A stretch of DNA of 32,000 nucleotides from assembly GCF_000175255.2 (NCBI RefSeq), contig NC_017262.1:1440001-1472000 (forward strand), written 5' to 3'. Below are positions 1 to 7,727 of the stretch, piece after piece. The DNA comes from Zymomonas mobilis subsp. mobilis ATCC 10988. Its GTDB lineage: Bacteria > Pseudomonadota > Alphaproteobacteria > Sphingomonadales > Sphingomonadaceae. Position 1 is the first letter of the stretch, and every line of letters starts with the position of its first letter. The notes beneath the pieces are model-generated. The model was not told the origin of the DNA. It did not search any database and worked only from the letters and a program-made list of their open reading frames with translations. The position numbers and the translations under genes are program-made.

Positions 1-192
1 GCAGGTGGCTTTTTCTCTGAAGAGGCGCTTGAAAAAGTGATGGAAGGGGTTCTTACTCGCTTGCAATCTGCCTGCCCAATTGAGCCTAGCCTTATGCATG
101 ATTTATCAGCCAGTTTACAGCGAAGACCTTCTTCAAAATTAGTCACTGCCGTTGCAAGCCATAAACGGAATATCGCTTTCAAACGGTCATAA
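1..192 (+). CDS. C-terminal part of an unidentified protein, truncated by the window edge
   Basis: Frame 1 is open from base 1 to TAA at 190-192 (...SLQRRPSSKLVTAVASHKRNIAFKRS*). It ends 2 bp before the convergent priA stop. Family not recognised. Confidence 0.4.
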   Translation, partial: AGGFFSEEALEKVMEGVLTRLQSACPIEPSLMHDLSASLQRRPSSKLVTAVASHKRNIAFKRS

Positions 193-194
193 CA

Positions 195-2363
195 TTAAAA
201 GAAACTATAGGGATCAACATCAATTGTAATGCGGACAGAAGACGGAATAGAAATCTTTGAAAGCCATTGATGAATAACTCGTTGTATCGGGATATTCCTC
301 TTGGCTTGGATCAGAAAACGATACCGATAACGACCTCTTAACTGTAATAACGGGGCAGGTGCGGGGCCAAAGACTTCTATTCCATCGCCCTCCGGCTTTC
401 TCTGCCCCAATTGATGGCCTACCGCCTCAGCTATTTCCTGTTTTTCAGAAGAGATAATCAAGGCGACATAGCGCCCAAAAGGCGGTGCTTCCGTTATTTC
501 TCTGATTTCTAATTCCGTTTGATAAAAGGCTTCACGATCCCCTGATGCCAAGGCCGAAATAACAGGCGTCTCCGGTTCATATGTCTGGATAAAAACATGC
601 CCGTCCAGAGCACTTCTTCCCGCCCGTCCAGCAACCTGTGCAATTTGCTGAAAACTATGTTCTGATGCTCTTAAATCTCCCCCTTGCAAACCGATATCCG
701 CATCAACCACCCCAACAACGGTTAATCTTGGGAAATGATATCCCTTCGTTATCAGCTGGGTGCCAATGATTATGTCGATGGCACCTTGATCCATTTTTTC
801 AACAAATTCGGCGGCTTGTTTGGGGGTGGCTAATGTATCCGATGTAATCGTTTCAATGCGGGCTTCTGGGAAAAGCAAAGCCGTTTCTTCTGCGATTCTT
901 TCGACTCCGGGGCCACAGGCAACAAGGCTATCGGCTGTTTGACATTCGGGACATTTGTCTGGGACAGGCATCGTAAAACCGCAATGATGACAAATCATTT
1001 GTCCCAATTGGCGATGCTCAACCATCCATGCGGTGCAATGGGGACATTTTATACGATGACCGCAATGACGACACAGGGTGAGAGGCGCATAGCCCCGTCG
1101 ATTGAGAAAAAGCAGACCTTGCTCATGGCGTTCCACTGCATTGGTCAACGCTTTGACCAGCGGCGGGGCTAACCACCGACCTTTAGCTAGGGCTTGTTCG
1201 GTCATGTTTATCACATGAATAGTCGGTAACCCTGCTGATCCATGGCGTTCTGCCAATCGTATTTCTTTATAATTACCCAAACGTACCTGCATAACGCTTT
1301 CAATCGCGGGTGTTGCGGTCGCTAAGATAACAGGGATATTCTCGAATTTGGCGCGCATGACTGCGACATCCCGCGCTTGATAACAAACACCGTCTTCTTG
1401 TTTGAAACTGGTTTCATGTGCTTCATCAACAATAATGAGACCGATTGCCTTAAACGGTAAAAACAAGGCTGATCGCGCGCCAATAACCACTTTGGCTTGG
1501 CCTGTTACAATCGCTTGCCAATTTTTTCTGCGGCGGGCTTGCGATAAATCGGAATGCCAAACAACAGGCTCACAGCCAAAACGCGCCTGAAAGCGTTTTA
1601 AAAAAGGTTCTGTTAAAGCAATTTCGGGTAGCAATATCAGGGATTGTTTGCCGTCACGCAAAGTCTGGGCAATGGCTTCAAAATAGACTTCGGTCTTTCC
1701 TGATCCGGTCACGCCATCCAATAAGAAAGTTTCAAAGCTCTTTTTCGCTATGGATTCCTTTAAGATTTCAGCCGCTTTGCTTTGTGTCTCTGAAAGAATG
1801 GGGGCATTAAAATCAGGATCGGGTAGCGATAATACTATCTCTAAAGATGTTTTTTGTTCTGTTATCAAACCCGTTTTGATCAAAGCGCGAATAACAGCAG
1901 GTGATATTTCTGCCTTTTCTGCCAGCTCACGGACAGAGCCTTTTTCCCCTGAAAGTTTTTCTAAAGCCTGTTGTCTTAAGGGCGTTAATTTAGGCCATTC
2001 TCTTTTGGGGACATAATAATTCTTGATTTCCCTGCTTTCTATCGTTGCAGGTGAAAAGGGGATTCCCATACGAAGAACGGCACCTAACGGTGCCATATAA
2101 TAGGAGGAAACCCACTGAATAAATTTCCGATAACAATGACTCGCTTCGGGCAAATCATAGATCTTGCTCACCGGACGTAGTCGGTTATCTGCGATTTTTA
2201 TCTGATTTGAAACGTCCTCTTCCCACAGCATCCCTAATATTTGCCTAGGACCTAGGGGAATACTGACAAGCTGACCTGCCGTAACCGCTTTTCCTTCTGG
2301 CAAGCTATAGGTCAAAATCCCCAAAGAAGGATTGGTGGTCAAAACAGAGATGCGGCGTTTCAC
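195..2363 (-). CDS. priA: Primosomal protein N' (PriA helicase)
   Basis: 722 aa ORF with LLDGVTGSGKTEVYFEAI (Walker A), IIVDEAHE, Cys-rich zinc region CRHCGHRIKCPHC...CHHCG...CPEC, and GTQLITKGYHFPRLTVVGVVDAD. Confidence 0.97.
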   Translation of the reverse strand: MKRRISVLTTNPSLGILTYSLPEGKAVTAGQLVSIPLGPRQILGMLWEEDVSNQIKIADNRLRPVSKIYDLPEASHCYRKFIQWVSSYYMAPLGAVLRMGIPFSPATIESREIKNYYVPKREWPKLTPLRQQALEKLSGEKGSVRELAEKAEISPAVIRALIKTGLITEQKTSLEIVLSLPDPDFNAPILSETQSKAAEILKESIAKKSFETFLLDGVTGSGKTEVYFEAIAQTLRDGKQSLILLPEIALTEPFLKRFQARFGCEPVVWHSDLSQARRRKNWQAIVTGQAKVVIGARSALFLPFKAIGLIIVDEAHETSFKQEDGVCYQARDVAVMRAKFENIPVILATATPAIESVMQVRLGNYKEIRLAERHGSAGLPTIHVINMTEQALAKGRWLAPPLVKALTNAVERHEQGLLFLNRRGYAPLTLCRHCGHRIKCPHCTAWMVEHRQLGQMICHHCGFTMPVPDKCPECQTADSLVACGPGVERIAEETALLFPEARIETITSDTLATPKQAAEFVEKMDQGAIDIIIGTQLITKGYHFPRLTVVGVVDADIGLQGGDLRASEHSFQQIAQVAGRAGRSALDGHVFIQTYEPETPVISALASGDREAFYQTELEIREITEAPPFGRYVALIISSEKQEIAEAVGHQLGQRKPEGDGIEVFGPAPAPLLQLRGRYRYRFLIQAKRNIPIQRVIHQWLSKISIPSSVRITIDVDPYSFF

Positions 2364-2448
2364 GTAGATTTGATCCGCTTAATAAAGAAAAAAGCATTTA
2401 TATCTGATTATGGCTACTTGATGCAAAAGCTTCAATCTCTATAGCGGA

Positions 2449-2472
2449 TAGGCAGGCGTTCTCGCCTGCCTA
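2449..2472. repeat. 10-bp perfect inverted repeat with TTCT tetraloop (TAGGCAGGCG-TTCT-CGCCTGCCTA)
   Basis: Read directly. It lies between the priA start and the end of the Gly-rich gene, without a U-tract on either strand. Confidence 0.6.
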
Positions 2473-2491
2473 ACAGCTCTATTCCGATATC

Positions 2492-2911
2492 CTAGTAACA
2501 TGCCCTCATTGAGACATAATCCCCAATATATGGGTCCCATTGCATACGGGTGTTACAATTGGCGTAGCCGCCGCCATAATAGCCGGAGTAACCGCCGTAA
2601 TAGCCGCCACCGCCATCATAATATCCACGATTATAGGAGCCATTTGCAATAATCGCTCCCGTCATAAGGCCAAGCGCTCCCATGCCAAATGCTGCACCGG
2701 GGCCCCAACCACCACCGCGGTGATGATGGTGTCTCGGGCCATCCCAACCGCCGGGGCCACCGCCCCAACCACCGGGTCCTGGTCCACCTCCCCAACCGCC
2801 GGGGCCTCCCGGACCGCCATGATGATGCGCTAAAGCTGGGGTCACAACGGTCGCTGTCAATGAGGAAGCAGCAATGGCTGCTACAAGTAATCGCAAGATA
2901 TTTTTTAACAT
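2492..2911 (-). CDS. Predicted secreted Gly/Pro/His/Trp-rich protein with a C-terminal Cys-containing motif
   Basis: Signal-peptide-like N-terminus (MLKNILRLLVAAIAASSLTATVVTPALA). Low-complexity HHHGGPGGPGGWGGG region, a GAAFGMGALGLMTGAIIA hydrophobic stretch, and C-terminal CNTRMQWDPYIGDYVSMRACY. Confidence 0.75.
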   Translation of the reverse strand: MLKNILRLLVAAIAASSLTATVVTPALAHHHGGPGGPGGWGGGPGPGGWGGGPGGWDGPRHHHHRGGGWGPGAAFGMGALGLMTGAIIANGSYNRGYYDGGGGYYGGYSGYYGGGYANCNTRMQWDPYIGDYVSMRACY

Positions 2912-3187
2912 TACTGCCTCTTTTCCGGAACAGAATCCGATAACTGAACAAAGACCGGAATGGCATAATCACGAGCTTTGTTCCGATTACAAACACTATA
3001 TAATATAGTATGTGAATGGGCTTAGAATGTTCCGTTCATTCATAATTCAACTAAAAATATCTCTTTTTAAAGCTTTTGATATATTTTAACCTTTTGGCTT
3101 TCTTCCCTTTTACAAGACGCTTGTTTTTAATATTTTTTATTATAACCTTAGGTAATATTATCCGCTTTTGGCTTGAGGTGTTGCGAT

Positions 3188-3697
3188 ATGCGTCGTCTGA
3201 TTCCCGTGTCCTTGCTTATGTTCATGGCCTTTTCTCCAGCCAATGCGGTGCCAGCACCCAAGATCGCTATCTCCAATTTTGATCAACTAGCGCATCCCTT
3301 GCCTATGCCTTACAATGAACGGGCACATGCTGAGAAAGCTGTTGCCGAGGCTCGAGCCAAAGCCAAAAAAGCCAATAAGCTCCTTTTGATTGATCTCGGC
3401 GGCAATTGGTGCCCTGACTGCCGAATCTTGGGCGGCATGTTCGATCAGCCGGATTTAAAACGGTTTATGGATAAACATTATGAAATCGTTACGGTTGATG
3501 TGGGACGCTTCGATAAAAATCTGTCTATTCCCGCGCATTACGGTCTAAATGATCGTTTAAAAGGTGCTCCGACCTTGCTGATTGTTGACCCAAAAACAGA
3601 TAAATTATTGAACCCGGGGCATGTCACGGCTTTGGCTGATGCCCGCTCGATGACGCCCCAGGCTATTGCCGACTGGCTGGCACAGTGGGTTCACTAG
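3188..3697 (+). CDS. Thioredoxin-fold secreted/periplasmic protein
   Basis: Signal peptide MRRLIPVSLLMFMAFSPANA, redox motif GGNWCPDC, Trx-like APTLLIVDP. Track ORF starts at 3173; the signal peptide favours ATG 3188. Confidence 0.75.
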   Translation: MRRLIPVSLLMFMAFSPANAVPAPKIAISNFDQLAHPLPMPYNERAHAEKAVAEARAKAKKANKLLLIDLGGNWCPDCRILGGMFDQPDLKRFMDKHYEIVTVDVGRFDKNLSIPAHYGLNDRLKGAPTLLIVDPKTDKLLNPGHVTALADARSMTPQAIADWLAQWVH

Positions 3698-4542
3698 GCT
3701 CAGGACTCATTCTTTGAGATAGAAGATGAAACTTGCTGCGATATGGATTGCTGACATGAATGTGTGAGCGCACCGGTCGTATCGTGTTGCGACACGCCGC
3801 CAGTCTTTGAGCTTTGCGAACATATTTTCGATGAGGTGACGCTTTTTATACAGATGCCAGTCGTAAGGCGGCTTTGATTTCCGGTTCTTCTTCGGCGGAA
3901 TACAGGCGGTGATATTCCGGTCTGCGAGAGACTGTCTGATTTTATTACTGTCGTATCCCCGGTCCCCGAGAATTTCTTGTGTTTCTTCCGGCAGATTTGC
4001 CAGCAGAACATCCGCGCCTTTGAAGTCACTGACCTGACCTGCGGTCAGATGCAGCCGGACAGGGCGGCCCTGACTATCGCATACAGCGTGAAGCTTTGAG
4101 TTCAGTCCGCCTTTCGTGCGTCCGATATGGCGGGGAAAAGCCCCTTTTTGAGCAGGGAGGCCGCTGTCCGGTGTGCTTTCAGATGTGTTGCATCGATCAT
4201 CAGACGCTTCGAACGGCCTGCCTGCTCCGTCAGGGCGACGAAGATCCGGTCAAAGACACCCAGGCGGCTCCACCGGATAAACCGGTTGTATAAAGTCTTG
4301 TGCGGGCCATACGCTTTCGGGGCGTCTTTCCACTGAAGGCCGTTGCGGATCACGTAAACGATCCCGCTCAGGACACGACGGTCATCGACACGCGGCACAC
4401 CATGCGCCAGTGGAAAAAACGGCTTAATCCGTTCCATCTGGTGCTCAGACAGCAAAAACACGTCACTCACAGCTTCACCTCCATCGGTAAACCTGTGAAT
4501 CACAACAGCCCGCTCAACTCAAGAAATTAACAGGTCCTGAGC
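3698..4542 (-). mobile_element. IS5-family (IS427-like) insertion sequence, copy 1, 845 bp
   Basis: Termini GCTCAGGAC...GTCCTGAGC are inverted repeats. Left flank is CTAG (3694-3697), right flank CTAA (4543-4546). Two transposase frames on the minus strand. One base differs from copy 2 (3842 C vs 11495 T). Confidence 0.9.
3707..4503 (-). CDS. IS5-family transposase split in two frames (orfA 4102-4503; orfB reading to the stop at 3707-3709)
   Basis: OrfA: MIHRFTDGGEAVSDVFLLSEHQMERIKPFFPLAHG...RLMIDATHLKAHRTAASLLKKG. After a -1 shift: FPRHIGRTKGGLNSKLHAVCDSQGRPV...GDRGYDSNKIRQS...WHLYKKRHLIENMFAKLKDWRR...FIFYLKE*. A CAAAAAGGGG run lies in the orfA/orfB overlap. Confidence 0.85.
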
Positions 4543-5808
4543 CTAAATAGCTTGTGACAGCACCTTGTAGATGGCTGTGGTTAGGTTTTGTAATTCTTTA
4601 GGTGTAATCGTAAAGGCTGGTGTCAGATAAACGATATTTCTGAAGGGGCGTATCCAAACATTTTGCTCCAATAATTGGCTTTTCAGCTTATTCATATCGG
4701 TTATCTTTTCCAACTCGACAACACCTACCGCACCCATCACTCTGACATCCTTGACGCCGGGCAATGCCCGACAGGGGGCTAATTCGTCAGTCATCTGTTG
4801 TGAAATTTTTGCAACTTGCTCCAACCTGTTTTCTTGTTCAAACAAGTCCAAAGAGGCCAAAGCACAGGCACAAGCGAGGGGATTTGCCATAAAGGTTGGG
4901 CCATGCATTAACGCATGAATGGGATTATCCGACAGAAAACTATTAAAAATAGACGTTGTCGCAACGGTTGCCGCCAAAGCCATCGTCCCCCCCGTCAAAG
5001 CCTTGGAAAGCGTTATTATATCTGGTGCGACATTTGCCTGTTCAAAGGCAAACATGCTGCCTGTTCTTCCAAAGCCTGTGAAAATTTCATCAAAGATTAG
5101 AAGAAGATTATATTTGTCGGCAAAGTAACGCAGACGCTTTAAAACCTCTGGGGAATGGAACAGCATTCCTCCCGCACCTTGTATCAAAGGTTCAGTAATA
5201 ATCGCTGCGATTTCGCTATGATGCTGTTCCAGAAAAAGATCAAAGCGCGCTATGCTCTCTTCGTCCTTTGGTAAATCAACAATGTAATGCTCTGGCAAAA
5301 TCCCCGTGAAGAGACTGTGCATCCCTTCTTCTGGATCACAGATCGCCATGGTCGCCATGGTATCCCCATGATACCCCCCTCTAAAAGCTAATAGCTTCTT
5401 TCTTTTAGTGTCGCCTTTATTCAGCCAATATTGCATAGCCATTTTTAAGGCGACCTCGACCGCTACTGATCCAGAGTCACTAAAGAAAACGTGATTGAGA
5501 TTATCTGGCAAAATTTTCGCTAGGCGACTTGCCAAGCGCAAAGCAGGCTCATGGACAATCCCGCCAAACATAATATGAGGCATTTCTCGAAGCTGTTCTT
5601 CAGCTTTTTTATAAATATAAGGATGATTATAGCCGTGACAGGCGGTCCACCATGATGCGATACCGTCTATCAGTTCTCGCCCGTCAGCTAAATAAATACG
5701 GCTTTCTTTTGTTGCTATAGCTGGAATCGGTGCAGTCATTGTCTGCATTTGTGTATAGGGTAACCAAATGTGAGAAAGACCGTCTTTTAACCAACTGGGA
5801 TTATTCAT
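4543..5808 (-). CDS. bioA: Adenosylmethionine-8-amino-7-oxononanoate aminotransferase
   Basis: DGLSHIWLPYTQM, DGIASWWTACHGYNHPYIYK, PLIQGAGGM, LIFDEIFTGFGRTGSMFA, ITLSKALTGG. Track ORF extends to 5925; the family N-terminus favours ATG at 5808. Confidence 0.95.
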   Translation of the reverse strand: MNNPSWLKDGLSHIWLPYTQMQTMTAPIPAIATKESRIYLADGRELIDGIASWWTACHGYNHPYIYKKAEEQLREMPHIMFGGIVHEPALRLASRLAKILPDNLNHVFFSDSGSVAVEVALKMAMQYWLNKGDTKRKKLLAFRGGYHGDTMATMAICDPEEGMHSLFTGILPEHYIVDLPKDEESIARFDLFLEQHHSEIAAIITEPLIQGAGGMLFHSPEVLKRLRYFADKYNLLLIFDEIFTGFGRTGSMFAFEQANVAPDIITLSKALTGGTMALAATVATTSIFNSFLSDNPIHALMHGPTFMANPLACACALASLDLFEQENRLEQVAKISQQMTDELAPCRALPGVKDVRVMGAVGVVELEKITDMNKLKSQLLEQNVWIRPFRNIVYLTPAFTITPKELQNLTTAIYKVLSQAI

Positions 5809-5830
5809 TGTCACGACCTTAGCTAAGATT

Positions 5831-5840
5831 TTATCTATAG
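5831..5840. promoter_or_regulatory. Candidate BioR-type operator TTATCTATAG in the bioA/bioF divergent region
   Basis: Matches 9 of 10 positions of the alphaproteobacterial BioR consensus TTATMKATAA as I recall it, and lies between the divergent bio genes. Confidence 0.4.
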
Positions 5841-5874
5841 AATGGTAATCGGGCTGCTTGATTGGAATATTGTT

Positions 5875-7083
5875 ATGACGTGTTTTGACCATCATTTTCA
5901 TCAAGCCCTTATTGGTCTTGATCAAAAAAAGTTAAGACGGACGATATCTGGTATCAAGCCAGAAGAAGGGGCAATGATTAGAGCTCTTTCTGATAATCAG
6001 CTTTTATGTGATTTTTCTTCTAATGATTACCTTGGTCTTTCTTCCCATCCGCTTCTAAAAGAGCGATCCCAGTTATGGACAGATCAATTCGGAGTTGGCT
6101 CTCGGGCTTCGCGTCTGGTTTCTGGAACGCTACCGATACATCTTGAAGTCGAAAAAAAAGTGGCTCTTTTAAAAGGCAAGGAAGCGGCTTTACTCTTTCC
6201 ATCTGGCTGGCAAGCTAATGCTTCAGTTTTACCCGCCTTATTTCGACTCTCGCTTGAACAAACTGGTCATAAGGCTCTTGTTTTTACGGATAAGCTAAAT
6301 CATGCAAGTATACATCTTGGATGCTCCGCTGCCGGTATCAAGCAAATCCGATTTCGCCATAATGATTTGCCTCATTTAGAACAGCTTCTAGAAAAACAAA
6401 AACAGGTAGATGGACTCCGCTTTATTATAACCGAAAGCGTTTTTAGTATGGATGGCGATCAGGCAGAGATCGGAACGCTTCGTCAAATCGCTGATAAATA
6501 TAATGCCTTTCTCTATGTGGATGAAGCCCATGCAACAGGTGTTCTCGGAGAAAATGGCCAAGGGCTTGCTGGAGGCGCTAACGGGGCTGATTTGGTTATG
6601 GGAACATTTAGTAAGGCGTTAGGCTGCTTTGGAGCTTATATTGCAGGATCTACATTGCTTTGTGATTGGCTTGTGAATAGCTGTTCTGGATTTATCTATA
6701 GCACAGCTATACCGCCATCAATGATTGGAGCAATGGACGCTGCTTTGGATATTCTTCCGACTTTGTCAAAAGAACGCAAACAACTTATTGAAAGATCGAA
6801 TCATATCCGAAAAGAATTCCAATCTATGGGGTTAGATACTGGCTTATCTTCTACTCATATTATTCCTGTTGTGATCGGTAATAATGAAGCCACCTTGTTG
6901 GCTGCGCAGAGATTAAAAGATGAGGGTATTCTCGCTATTGCAATCCGGCCTCCCACTGTGCCGCTTCATGCTGGACGTCTTCGCTTTGCTATAACCTCTC
7001 TTCATAACGATGCCATGCTAGAACATCTGAGTCATGTTATGAAAAAATTAGCGGCTGAAATACACAGAGGATCTTCGATATGA
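5875..7083 (+). CDS. bioF: 8-amino-7-oxononanoate synthase
   Basis: FSSNDYLGLSSHPLL, SVFSMDGDQAEI, YVDEAHATGVLGENGQG, GTFSKALGCFGAY. Track ORF begins 5842; ATG 5875 fits the family N-terminus better. Confidence 0.93.
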   Translation: MTCFDHHFHQALIGLDQKKLRRTISGIKPEEGAMIRALSDNQLLCDFSSNDYLGLSSHPLLKERSQLWTDQFGVGSRASRLVSGTLPIHLEVEKKVALLKGKEAALLFPSGWQANASVLPALFRLSLEQTGHKALVFTDKLNHASIHLGCSAAGIKQIRFRHNDLPHLEQLLEKQKQVDGLRFIITESVFSMDGDQAEIGTLRQIADKYNAFLYVDEAHATGVLGENGQGLAGGANGADLVMGTFSKALGCFGAYIAGSTLLCDWLVNSCSGFIYSTAIPPSMIGAMDAALDILPTLSKERKQLIERSNHIRKEFQSMGLDTGLSSTHIIPVVIGNNEATLLAAQRLKDEGILAIAIRPPTVPLHAGRLRFAITSLHNDAMLEHLSHVMKKLAAEIHRGSSI

Positions 7084-7727
7084 AAATCCCTCGCTTTCTC
7101 TTTGTGCATGGATGGGGATTCGATCGAAATTTTTGGGAACCTGTGCGGCGGGCTATAGGACAGCATAATGGCGATAGCCTTGATTTTGGCTATTTTGGCC
7201 AGTCCAAGTTAGAGTATGATTGGTCGCAGCCTTTTATAGCCGTAGGGCATTCCCTTGGTTTCCTTTGGTTATTACAGCAACCTCTTGCCGCTTGTATTCA
7301 ATTGATTTCGATTAATGGATTTTCCCGTTTTTTTGCTGGTTCTGACTGGCCTTTTGGAGTGCCTCAAAGAGTGACGAAGCGGATGCAGCTAGCACTTCAT
7401 AGAGATGCAAAAAAAACATTAGATCAATTTTATGAGACTGTAGGATTCTTTGATACCTCAGAAAAGCGATATGATCTCGCTGCTTTGGATAATGGTTTAG
7501 AATTTTTGATGACGCAAGACAATCGTAGTATTGCAAAGAAACAGGCGCATAAAATAGCTATTATGGCCAGCGATCAAGACCCCATCGTTCCCGTCTCTTT
7601 GACTAAAGCTTGCTTCCCAACACCCACACCTATTCTTTGGAATAAAGACGGCGGCCATTTACTCCCGATTACAGATCCCGATTCCTGCGCTAATTTTATT
7701 CGTGATGTAGTGAAATGTATAAAATGA
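7080..7727 (+). CDS. Alpha/beta-hydrolase, candidate pimeloyl-ACP methyl ester esterase (BioH-like role)
   Basis: FLFVHGWGFDRNFW, nucleophile elbow GHSLGF, putative catalytic Asp in ASDQDPIVP and His in DGGHLLPI. Lies between bioF and bioC, overlapping bioF by ATGA. Confidence 0.75.
   Translation: MKIPRFLFVHGWGFDRNFWEPVRRAIGQHNGDSLDFGYFGQSKLEYDWSQPFIAVGHSLGFLWLLQQPLAACIQLISINGFSRFFAGSDWPFGVPQRVTKRMQLALHRDAKKTLDQFYETVGFFDTSEKRYDLAALDNGLEFLMTQDNRSIAKKQAHKIAIMASDQDPIVPVSLTKACFPTPTPILWNKDGGHLLPITDPDSCANFIRDVVKCIK

Noticed and set aside
2540-2943. Overlapping ORFs (2540-2833 +, 2631-2996 -, 2689-2943 +) across the Gly-rich gene
   Set aside because: Long open frames in all directions are expected from GC-rich low-complexity repeats. 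The 2492-2911 frame has the signal peptide and biased composition.
3700-4029. 109-aa minus-strand ORF MTSKARMFC... inside both IS copies
   Set aside because: Out of frame with the conserved transposase C-terminus, which reads FPRHIGRTKGGLNSK...FIFYLKE in another frame.
7715-7723. Track start of bioC-bioD at 7715 (MYK)
   Set aside because: ATG 7724 gives the same ATGA coupling seen between bioF and the esterase, so it is the more probable start.
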